NCBI GenBank assembly: GCA_903813345.2
Contig: CAIIXF020000001.1
Coordinates: 30,132,001 to 30,196,000 of the forward strand
Reading direction: 5' to 3'
Length of the DNA: 64,000 bases
Source of the DNA: Owenia fusiformis
Lineage: Eukaryota
The notes under the pieces are model-generated. The model made no database searches. It had not been told where the DNA came from and saw nothing but the letters and a program-made list of their open reading frames with translations. The translations under genes and the position numbers were made by a program. Each line of letters begins with the position of its first letter. Within the stretch, counting starts at the first letter, position 1. Positions 53,155-64,000 of the stretch are shown here, piece after piece.

Positions 53155-54820
53155 TCTTGAGTTATTTCATAGATTTATTTGTAAAACTGCCTGGGAATTG
53201 AATGTCGTGAATAACTCGGTCTCAATACTTTTCCGAAACCAATGCAAACATATAAAATAGTATGTACTTGTCAATACAGTGTATCATACAATGCCACTGT
53301 ATGTGCATGGCAAACTGGTTCCCCTGTAAGTATCCGCCCTGTTCAATATATTGAGTAATTTCATAGATTTACTTGAGAAACTGCCCGGGAACTGAATGTC
53401 ATGGATTATACTACAAATCTCAATACCTCCCCGAAATCAATGTATCACGCGTCCACCCTGTTCAATTGAGTTATTTCATAGATTTATTTCTAATTGAAAG
53501 CCTATGGTAAAACTGCCATTGGAATTGAATGTCATGAATTTCTACAGTCTCAATACTTTTCCGAAACCAATGCAAAAATATATGTTCTTGCCAATACAGT
53601 GTATTACACAACGCCACTGTATGTGCATGGCGAACTGGTTCCCCTGTAAGCATCCGCTCTGTTCAATTGACTTATTTCATTGATACATTAGTGAAATTGA
53701 CCGAGAACTGAAATACTACAAATCTCAATACTTCCCAGAAATCAATGTATCAAGCATCCGCCCTGTTCAATTGAGTTATTTCATGTAGGCATATTTATTT
53801 TGTGAAACTGCCAATACAGTAGTGGTGTATCATACAACGTCATTGTATGTACATGGCGAACTGGTTCCCCTGTAAGCGTCCGCCCTGTTCAATTGAGTTA
53901 TTTCATAAATTTATTTGTGAAACTGACCGGGAACTGAATGTCATGAACTACTACAAATGATCTCAATGATTCCCCGAAATCAATGTATCAAGCGTCCGCC
54001 CTGTTCAATTGAGTTATTTCATGTAGGCATATTTATTTTGTGAAACTGCCAATACAGTAGTGGTGTATCATACAACGTCATTGTATGTACATGGCGAACT
54101 GGTTCCCCTGTAAGCGTCCGCCCTGTTCAATTGAATTATTTCATTGATTCATTAGTGAAATTGACCGGGAACTGAAATACTACAAATCTCAATACTTCCC
54201 AGAAATCAATGTATCAAGCGTCCGCTCTGTTCAATTGAGTTATTTCATGTAGGCATATTTATTTTGTGAAACTGCCAATACAGTAGTGGTTAATCATACA
54301 ACGTCATTGTATGTACATGGCGAACTGGTTCCCCTGTAAGCGTCCGCCCTGTTCAATTGAGTTATTTCATAGATTTATTTGTGAAACTGCCCGGGAACTG
54401 AATGTCATGAACTACTACAAATGATCTCAATGATTCCCCGAAATCAATGTATCAAGCGTCCGCCCTGTTCAATTGAGTTATTTCATAGATTTGTTTGTAT
54501 AACTGCTTTGAAATTGAATGTCATTATGTGCATGGCGAACTGGTTCCCCTGTGAGCATCTGCCCTGTTCCATTGAGTTATTTCATAGATTTATTTTGAAT
54601 GAATTACAACAAATCTCAATTCTTTTCTGAAATCAATGCAAACATATAAAATATTATGTACTTGTCAATACAGTGTGTCATACAACGCCACTGTATGTGC
54701 ATGGCGAACTGGTTCCCCTGTGAGCATCTGCTCTGTTCTATTGAGATATTTCATAGATTTATTTTGTGAAACTGCTCGGGAACTGAATGTCATGAATTAC
54801 TTTTCAATACTTTTCTGAAA
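53155..54820. repeat. Complex satellite-like array built from shuffled sub-units (gcatggcgaactggttcccctg..ctgttcaattgagttatttcat..)
   Basis: The core motif recurs at irregular spacing of about 170-320 bp, with a higher-order duplication of about 460 bp (53695 vs 54158). Confidence 0.85.
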
Positions 54821-55539
54821 CCGAATTGAATGTTTATGTCGGTAATTTTGACCAATAGCGCACAATCTTTCAATGTCTATATTTAGATTATAAACACATG
54901 AGGTAATGCTCATGTTGATTTTACTCCAATCAGCAAGTTAGTATTTGAACCTTTGATAATGGCATTATGGGAAGTCCTACCTCGCTTCACTTTCATCTAG
55001 GTAAATTTAAAACGACCCTCGCAAAATCGATAAACGTTTTATTTGCTAAATATAATCGAAAGTAATTTGATTGAAGTGAACCAATTTAATTTAATATCAG
55101 GAAATTGATGACTGTTCAGTTCACATATAAACACTTATAGTTAAGATATGCTGTAAAAAAGATATCGAAAAGTAATTATATTTTTGGTGAATGCATTTTA
55201 TTTGTAAGGGAGATACCTGGATTTGCAGACTTGTAAACATTTGCTCTAAAGACAATATTAAGACGAACATGTATTTAAGATTCCATCATGATTGATATTC
55301 CTGCGATCTGTACTGCTTGATCTTATTATTAATTGAATTTAATTCCCTTTCAATAGTCTGAATTCTATTCGAGCAATTTCTGCAAATAATACTGGTACAT
55401 ATTCGTTTAACGTCAATCATCTAATCTAGAAGTTGTCCGTGAGCAGTTCTTTCACCGTTTTTTATTAGTTTTGTTTTTCCTGAAATCAGTCTTGGCAATG
55501 AAGCTCAGTACACAAGGCAAGCATGTTGTTTTTCAGTAT

Positions 55540-56445
55540 TAGGAGTATACTTTCCGGAAATCATTGCAAACAAATCATAAAATATTATGTATTTGTCAAT
55601 AAAACATACAACGCCACTGTATGCGCATGGCGAACTGGTTCCCCTATTAGCATCTGCCCTGTTCCATTCAGTATTTTAACTGCCCAGGAGTTGAAAATTC
55701 TAAATTACTACAAATCTCAATACTTTTTCGAAATCGATGCAATAAATGTAATATAGTATCCGCTGGACAAAGGTGCGCTGTAAATATTGTAGGCTACTTT
55801 ACAGAACTTGTACAATATCATACAACGCTACTGTATGTGCATCCCGGGATGTGCATTGCGAACTGGTTCCCCTGTAAAGCATCTGCCATGTTCTGTTGAG
55901 TTCTTTCAAGTATGCCATGAATTACTACAAATCTCAATACTTTTTCGAAATCAATATGCAAACATGTAATATATTATCTACTGGACAAAGGTGCACTGTA
56001 AATATTGTAGCCTACTTTACAGAACTTGTACAATATCATACAACGCTACTGTATGTGCATCCCGGGATGTGCATGGCGAACTGGTTCCCCTGTAAAGCAT
56101 CCGCCATGTTCTGTTGAGTTCTTTCAAGTATTTAGTTAAACTACCCGGGATCTGAATGTCATGAATTACTACAAATCTCAATACTTTTTCGAAATCAATA
56201 TGCAAACATGTAACATATTATCCACTGGACAAAGGTGCACTGATTGTAGGCTACTTTACAGAACTTGTACAATATCATACAACGCTACTGTATGTGCATC
56301 CCGGGATGTGCATGGCGAACTAGTTCCCCTGTAAAGCATCCGCCATGTTCTATTGAGTTCTGTCAAGTATTTTATTAAACTACCCGGGAACATAATGTCA
56401 TGAATTACTACAAATCTCAATACTTTTTCGAAATCAATGCAAAAG
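55540..56445. repeat. Second, diverged block of the same satellite family (about 215-240-bp units, about 4 copies)
   Basis: Same gcgaactggttcccctgtaa core and attactacaaatctcaatact motif, with a different sub-variant (catcccgggatg insertion). Confidence 0.85.
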
Positions 56446-56726
56446 TTAATGACTAATCCATGTTTTTGGGGTGTGTAAATCAAAATTGCTGTATACTATT
56501 GTAGCTATGCTCCAAACTTCAAGATCTGATCATTAAATAGGGATTAACGTCAAATCAATTCTAAAAGCAAAAATATCCAATGCGTTAAATAATCTTTTCT
56601 TTTTTCAGTATTATTTTTGTAAATGTTATTAAAATTAAATTAGATATTGTAGGCCTATATATGCACCTGGCTAGGGGAAGCTTAGCTACTAGACCTTATC
56701 TGCCAGGCCCCCCGACCCAATCCTCT

Positions 56727-59142
56727 CAGTGGCGTAGCCAGGATTTGGTGACCGGGGGTTCTATTTTTATTTATGTTATTCACAAATCCCCCCCCCCTTC
56801 ATTAGGGTTTCTCAAATAATGCAATTTGTACAATTACACTCCCTCCAAAAGTTTGGCAATCCTAACTACCCCATTGGATTATGTATTAAAGCATCTTTAA
56901 GTTTGAATTCTTATTTGCATAATTTGTAAAGAAAAAACTATTTTGGGAGGGGAAATATAATTCAGAATCTGATCTATAGGGGGTGATAAAATTACAAGCA
57001 ACATGTATAATTGACCTACCAATCTATTCCTTACAATATCAAATACAATATCTCCCAAAAGATTCACAACATTTTTACATTTTTGTAAAAATCTTTAGTT
57101 TTCCTGGAATAAAGTATGCACTGTTGTGATTTTTAGAAAATAGACATGACAAGGAATGACATGAGAAAAGTCTGGACGTAAAAATGATTTTCAAAAATGA
57201 CATTGTAGCTTTGCAACTTTAATGTTCACAAAGTAAAATAAACAGGCAACGTGCAAAAAAGTCAGACAACTTATAATTAATTTTCTGCATCAAAATATAC
57301 TTCAGTGAATCTTTTACTGAATACATTACATATCCTGAAATCTGATTTGCCCCGAATTCACCATTATTTCGACTGATTTCTCTGGAAGACCCTGGAGCAT
57401 GATTTGTTTCCAAGGAATATCAACTATTTCGCACAATTTATTCTTTAACTTAAGCTACTTCATCTAGGACAAAATAAATCACCTCATGCAATGGCTTATC
57501 ATTATTTTTCAGGAAATTTGTTGGAAGCCAGTTCGGATCAAATGCAAGTTAGGTTATTGAAATTGACGCAAACACCCTATACTCCGAAAGATCGTTCCTC
57601 TATGATAACTTTTCACAACGTTTACACGAAGGCTTTATAAACTATCCGGGATAGTCGTATTACTGATGAAAATATATATTATTCAAATAAGTGGGTCTAG
57701 GTTATGCTTTGTTTTAGAAAGTTCAAAATATTTCTTTGGACGTCATCGGAGCTCAGTGGTAAGTCCCCCAGAGCAGATCAACCGCAATTGATAATAAAAA
57801 CGTTTTAGTGGATAAAATTATATATAAATACAAGCGACTGTTATTTTGTTAAGTTCAGACGGCTTAATAACAAATTAGGCCTTCATTATTTGAAGATTAA
57901 TACCATATAATTTTTCTATGTTTTTTTTTTATTATATTATTTATTCGCTAAACATATCATGACATTTAACATGAAAATGGAGAGCAAGTAAACTGGAACG
58001 ATAACAATTTGAATTCTATACAATCTCTTAGATGAGTGGAGTGTATCTGAAAAAAACAAAATCATCTTTTGCAATGATAGATTTTTCTTTGGAAAGTGAT
58101 TGGTAAATAAATACTGAACAAATGAAAGAATAAATAATTCATTTCACAACGTTTTTAATTATTAATAGACTAGATGCGAGTAGAAATGATCTTGATTTAC
58201 GTCATTAAATATTCAAAATTCAGTCAAAGTGATGTCATATTTGAAATCCACATGTAAAAATACATCTAAAAATATGGTTTCGAAAATTGTTTATCAACTT
58301 TGAAAATTTAATATTTTTTGAAAATGTGACTTCTAGTTCGGGTTGATTCCCCATAGACTCCGTATTAAAAAATCACAAAAAGTGAAATATCTTTTCTTGT
58401 ATTAAACATATGACATTTTCTTTTACTGGACATACTTAAATTTGCATAACTATTCGATACATAAGGGCTATATGAAAATTGAACCACTAAAACAGATGTA
58501 ATTTAAGTTAAAGGGAACTTTCTACTACTAGTATACCCGCCATGCTATTTGACCCGAGCGAGCCACCTGGTGGTGAAACTGGTAACTACCTACTCGTATT
58601 TGCGTTATTGGTTTTGGGGACTTGCCAGTTCCAGGGACGCCCCAAGAAATATTTTAAATTTTAATCGAAATAAAACAAAACAGAGATGGACACATTTGAA
58701 AGAACATGTGTTTCATCAATATTACGACTATTCCAGATATTTATTCGCCAATGTTGTAAAAATCATTCGGAATATGGGACGTCTGCATTGTTTTCAATAA
58801 CTTTCAATAACTTTGTATTGGACCAGAACTGGCTTTAAACAAAATTCCTACAAATTGATTTAGCCATTGCCCAAGATGGGTTATTTTGTCTGAGATGAAG
58901 CATGCTAAACGTTTTGAGGGAAGTGTAACTTCACTATGACATGTTTTTAAGAAAATAATGCTCTCGTGTTCACCATAACAAATATCAATTCATTTACTGC
59001 TCATATAATGTAGTTTTCAAATAGCACAGTAATTCAATGATTCTGGTTAAAGCCTATGCATTTTTTCGCAAAATGTTATTTTTGGGAAATCCTGACCGGG
59101 GGTTCGTTCGAACCCACCGAACCCCCGCTGGCTACGGCTATG
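56727..59142. mobile_element. 2.4-kb hAT5-like DNA element inserted into the left terminal repeat of a Penelope-like element
   Basis: Ends cagtggcgtagccag / ctggctacggctatg. CCTCT is duplicated at 56722-26 and 59143-47. The uninterrupted site is visible in the sister repeat at 61735-61877. Confidence 0.82.
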
Positions 59143-59925
59143 CCTCTCACCATAAACACAGATTGCATGACATGTGCGTGTTTAATACAGGTGATGTCTC
59201 AAGACATTGTCTAAGTCACCACTCCCAAAAATATGATATTAGGGCTGTCTCCATTAGCCATAAGGATAAACCCATAATAAGTGAATAACCTGCGTACCAA
59301 ACCTTCGGGCTAGGTCCCATCGCTCAGCTTATGGACAACTACCTTGTATATTTCATTAAAGATCATACACATTTTCGTACAGGAGGGGCTGCACCATCTT
59401 ACCATACTTGGTGTTTCGAACTTTCCTTAGCAGCGTGCCAAACATGTAACAATCTTGCCGACCTGGCAACAAAAAACATACACACCTTACAACAGAGACA
59501 CACACAAACTCCAATTCGCAAATTAAAACAATACGCATTTACTCATAAACAACCAACCAAATAATACCCCGACTGGAAAACACTTTCCAAACCAAAATAT
59601 AAACAATTACTTCATAACAACCAACACGAAACCAACACTTCAAAATATACATTCTAACAAGGGAATCTTCCTATTGTCTTCTTAATCACTACTCCCATAA
59701 CCACACTTAATTCAGGAACATACCTGATACACACATAATTACAGTGACCTAGATACATAATTGGCCACTGATACACATATAACACGTACCACTGACAACT
59801 AAGAATCAACCTAACTACTAATATGGCTAGGAAACGCAACAACAAACTTTACAAAGCCCAAAAAACAATACATCCTTTCAAACACTCATAAAACACACAA
59901 AACCAAAGCAGCGAAAACTAAGCTC

Positions 59926-60159
59926 GTTGTTAACTTGTCGGATTACACACCGTCAGAAGCAGAACACTCTGTTCTCTCTAAGGGACTCAAGTTTATTCCC
60001 ACCCCAAACTTAAAAACACTAGAGCGGGAACTCCCGACTGACATTCTAAGTTTTACCAGAAAACTTAGATTAAAATACTCATTTCATACAACGAGTAGAA
60101 CGAAACACCCGTTCTCTACAACGAAAAAACAACACAACCAAACCAGACTTAAACAATAA
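59926..60159 (+). pseudogene. N-terminal fragment of Penelope-like reverse-transcriptase ORF
   Basis: V-x-N-L-S-x7-E-x2-V-L-x-K-G-L-x-F-x-P-T-P motif. No RT or GIY-YIG sequence follows. Confidence 0.75.
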
Positions 60160-60189
60160 ACCAACCACAAACAGACACAATCAACCAAT

Positions 60190-61440
60190 AAGCATCACCC
60201 TCCCGATACAACACAAATATGGGAAAATCAAAATATTTGAAATACGGACGATTAAACCCTACATTCAAGTTAATATCTCAACAACAAGATATACCACGAA
60301 CATAATACACACACCAACAGGAAGCAAAAACATTAAACAAGCCGCCTGAACCAACAGAAAAACGATTTACCTATCATAGACCTACCCTAAACACCGCCAA
60401 ACTCAAACCAACTTAAAGAATCGAAAATACCGCAAAATGCCGAAAACACCAAAACACGTCCAAACACGGAAAAGTTTACAACCCTTCTAATACACACAAT
60501 ATGAACATTACATATACCTGGCCATGAAGCTGACACAATGAACAAAACAACCAAATTAAAATTTCAACAACTAATACGCATACACCCTCCCGATAAAACA
60601 CAAACATGAGAAAATCAAAATATTTGAAATACGGGCCATCAAACCCTACATTCAAGTTAATATCTCAACAACGAGATATGCCACGAACATAATGCACACA
60701 CCAACGGAAAGCTAAAACATTACACAAGCCACCTGAACCATCAAAAGACAATTTACCTACCATAGACCCATCCTAGTCACCACCAAACTCAAACCAACTC
60801 AACAAATCGAAAATACCGCAAAATGCCGAAAACACCAAAACACGACCAAACACGAAAAAGTCAACAACTCTTCTAATACACACAATATGAACATAACATA
60901 TACCTGGCCATGAAGCTGAAACAATGAACAAAACAACCAGATCCAATTTCAACATTGAACCGACCATACCCCGATGCAATTAACCAATACACATACACCC
61001 TCCCGATAAAACACAAATATATGAAAACCAAAATATTTAAAATACGGGCCATTAAACCCTACATTCAAGTTAATATCTTAACAACAAGATATGCTAGCAA
61101 CATATCACATATACCAATGGAAAGCTGAAACAGTAAACTTACCACCTGAACCACCAAAATGTAATTTACCTACCCTCAACGCCACCACAGACACCGCCAA
61201 ACGCACACCAACTCAACAAATTGAAAACACCACAAAATGCCACAAAATACAACCAAACACGAACAAGCCAACAACCCTTTAAATACACACAATATCAACA
61301 TATAACATACATGACCATATGGCTAAACCACAAACCAAACCAAACTAAAATTCATCAATAAACTGACCACGCCTTTATGCAATAAACCAATACGCATAAA
61401 CAACCACCCCCCCTCCCGCTAAAAACGAATACGGGAAACC
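60190..61440 (+). repeat. About 390-415-bp A/C-rich tandem repeat, 3+ copies (2 more related copies at about 63549 and 63946)
   Basis: The unit start gcatacaccctcccgataaaacacaaa recurs at about 60192, 60578, 60992 and 61394. Confidence 0.85.
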
Positions 61441-61524
61441 TATTAAAATACAACAGAATGATAGAAATAAAACAGCATTATCATTCACAATAAAATCACA
61501 ATAAATCACATACAACATTCATTC

Positions 61525-61638
61525 GGCCGCTGAGGAAGAACAATCATGGGATACCCCCATGAGTTCGAAACATCTTGGGCCCTTATAATGACCAACATAT
61601 AAGGGAGAAGATCCGCTACAGGATCGGGATGTCCGGCC
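61525..61638 (+). ncRNA. Type I hammerhead ribozyme with branched stem III
   Basis: Stem I GGCCG(61525-29)/CGGCC(61634-38). Core CUGAGGA(A) 61530-37. Stem II GAAC/GUUC extended by CAUGGG/CCCAUG. GAAA 61567-70. Stem III ACAUCUUG/CGGGAUGU. Cleavage triplet GUC, cut after 61633. Confidence 0.85.
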
Positions 61639-61883
61639 TCTCTCTACGTGAATGAAGATAGGGAATAACACACCAATGTCATTACCCTAGGATCTACCAA
61701 ATATACACTACCCGTCACATGAGTACTGACGGTGGTTAGGGGAAGCTTAGCTACAAGACCTTGCCTGCCAGGCCCCCCGACTGAGACCTCTCACCATAAA
61801 CACAGATTGCATGACATGTGCGTGTTTAATACAGGTGATGTCTCAAGACATTGTCTAAGTCACCATTTCCAAAAATAAAAAAA

Positions 61884-62059
61884 CTTGATTTCAAGTTACT
61901 ATGGCAACCATTTCTCATTCAATGTTTCCGTTATTCTAAATATTGTTAGCTGGATTAATAAACCATTCCATGCTGCACATTCTGTGAAAATTTCATAGGA
62001 AAATATTGAAAAATAAAGAAATTAGAGAGATATTATGAGAACTTTATGATCAACCCTCG
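61884..62059. mobile_element. Right-end fragment of the mariner-type MITE family below
   Basis: Homologous to 63078-63254; ends CCCTCG|TA. Confidence 0.75.
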
Positions 62060-62062
62060 TAT

Positions 62063-64000
62063 GTCACATTGCTCAGCTTATGGACAAATACCAAGTATAT
62101 TTCATCTCAAAAACGATCGAACACATTTTGTAGTAGAAGGGCTGTACCATCTTACCACACTTGGTGTTTCGAACATTTCTTATCAGCGTCCCGAATATTC
62201 AACAATCTTTCTGCCGACCCGGCAATACAAAAATACGAGGGTATATCATAAAGTTCTCATAATATCTCTCTAATTTTTTCATTTTTCAATATTTTCTAAT
62301 GAAATTTTCATGGAATCTGCACTATAGAATACTCTATTAATCTCTCAAAATATATTTGGTATAACATAAATATTAGATAAGTAGTGGTTGCCATAGTAAC
62401 CGGAAATCAAGGCACCCGGGGCAAATACAAATAATTTAGAGAATTAGCTTAATTAACCATGTTTACATACATTATAAACTCTCATGAATTATCAAACACA
62501 TTAAAATGTTATCTTGAATATGTTGTTAAATGCTTTTACTATAAAATAAATTGATGTGAACTGTGTGATGTCATAGGGTATGCTGACATGCTTCATTAGA
62601 TGTGATACCAAACTCTGAGAATCAAAGCTTAATTATCAGAAATGACTGAGTAAGATAGTGCATAGATGCAGAGATCATCAGAAAAATAATATTCATACTG
62701 ATAAAAAGTTTAGTTTAGTTCAAAATTCCTTTGCTCATACTAAAGATGGTCTAAAACAAATATGTTGCAAAGACATCAACAAAATTACACCCTATGTGTA
62801 TTCTATTATTTATTTAAGATGAACTAAAGTGGAAAATCGACTTTCCATGGAATATTTGACAAAACAGTTGTAGTGTCTAACATCACTTCTAATGAAGCAT
62901 TACAATCATCCATAATGAGATCACACAATTCACATGACCATTATAATTGTTCAAAACAGTCAAGAATACATGGTATTTATTAATTTGATGTGTTTCATAG
63001 CTTATTTAATAACTTATTATGCATTTAAACATGGTTAGTTGGGGCTATTCTTGCACAATTTTTTATTTGCCCCGGGTGCGTTGATTTCCGGTTACTATGA
63101 CAACCATTTCTTAAATAATATTTCTGTTATACCAAATATTTTTGATAGATTAATTCAGCATTCTAAACTACACATTCTGTGAAAAATTCATCAGAATATA
63201 TTGAAAAATAAAAAAATTAGAGAGATATTATGAGAACTTTATGATATACCCTCGTATATACACTTTATAACCTTATGGAGATAAACACTCACTCCAATTC
63301 ATATTTTAAAAAACAACGCATTTACTCACAAACAACCAACCAAACCAGGTTTCCCCAACCGGGAACCCTATTTAGAAACAGCCCATTCTTAAAAAAACAA
63401 TGGAAGTACATGTAAAACACAAACATATACAACAGACTATCAAACACATTACCCGTACATCATATAAAACTCATATCAACAAACAAAACAAACGAAACAA
63501 ATTTTAACAAACAAACCGACAAAATCGTGATCTACAATTCACCAAAACGCATACACCATCCCGACAAAACACAAACACGGGACAATCAACAAATTGAAAA
63601 CACGGTAAGACAGCCCCCAGAAACAAGTTAATACCTCAATAACAAGAGATGCTACGACCACAACATATACATCGAAATAAAGCTTAGACATGACACTACA
63701 CACCCAAGCCGTTGAAAAACAACTTACCTACCACTTACATACCAAAAAAAGCCACAAAACAAACACGAAATTTACAAACCAAAATACCACAAAACTCCGA
63801 TAAAACCAAAATACCGTAACCAATCGCGAACGAGCTAACAACTTCCCCAAAGCACACACTATCAAAATAAAAAACACCTCACCATAAGGGTAAACAACAA
63901 ACCAAACAAACAAATTGACAACAACTTGATGCAATTAATCAATACGCATACACGATCCCGGCAAAACACAAACACGGGATAATCAAAACATAATGAAATC
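62063..64000 (+). mobile_element. Second, diverged Penelope-derived copy (interrupted by the mariner MITE, runs off window)
   Basis: 62070-62233 is similar to 59322-59477; 63257-63345 is similar to 59480-59565; shares the 0.4-kb A/C-rich repeat. Confidence 0.72.
62236..63254. mobile_element. Tc1/mariner-type palindromic MITE (about 1.0 kb)
   Basis: TA|CGAGGGTATATCATAAAGTTCTCATAATATCTCTC ... GAGAGATATTATGAGAACTTTATGATATACCCTCG|TA. Long imperfect arms. The flanks rejoin into sequence homologous to about 59460-59565. Confidence 0.88.

Larger units (their letters stand above)
56668..61877 (+). mobile_element. Non-autonomous Penelope-like retroelement with terminal direct repeats (pLTR-like), ORF remnant, internal 0.4-kb tandem repeats and hammerhead
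   Basis: Direct repeat 56668-56726 + 59143-59233 vs 61734-61877. VVNLSDYTPSEAEHSVLSKGLKFIPTP..FTRKLRLKY (59926-60085) matches the Penelope ORF N-terminal motif. Strong A/C strand bias. Confidence 0.8.

Noticed and set aside
42600..59900. Numerous 60-100-aa ORFs in the TE block
   Set aside because: They overlap MITEs or satellites, have no domain motifs, and are of lengths expected by chance.

Overview
AT-rich animal genomic DNA, most likely a marine invertebrate (lophotrochozoan-like; inferred from short GT-AG introns, abundant TACATGTA and the TE repertoire). (1) 82-23845 (+): the 3' part of a giant gene, over 4,400 aa in this window. It is built from about 93 copies of a ~40-aa two-Trp module: about 65 near-identical copies in one 8.3-kb exon and the rest as divergent phase-0 exons carrying one or two modules each. 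It ends in a coiled coil, a dynein microtubule-binding-domain-like fold and another coiled coil. (2) 25573-27100 (+): a 4-exon secreted 10-Cys protein missed as a unit by the ORF track. (3) 40863-28655 (-): a 19-exon Roc-COR-TIR-TIR gene ending in CaaX. I could not find its P-loop or upstream exons, and one of its splice acceptors is amplified 12 times in frame by a 60-bp minisatellite. (4) 41.9-64 kb: a CpG-richer, TE-dense block. It holds a C2H2 pseudogene, a CACGGTG-ended element with a 5-bp TSD and two convergent spliced gene stubs (ProtoRAG-like layout), hAT/mariner MITEs, a complex satellite, and Penelope-derived elements with a complete hammerhead ribozyme plus degenerate antisense hammerheads. 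All exon models and family calls were made by eye; no database searches were run.
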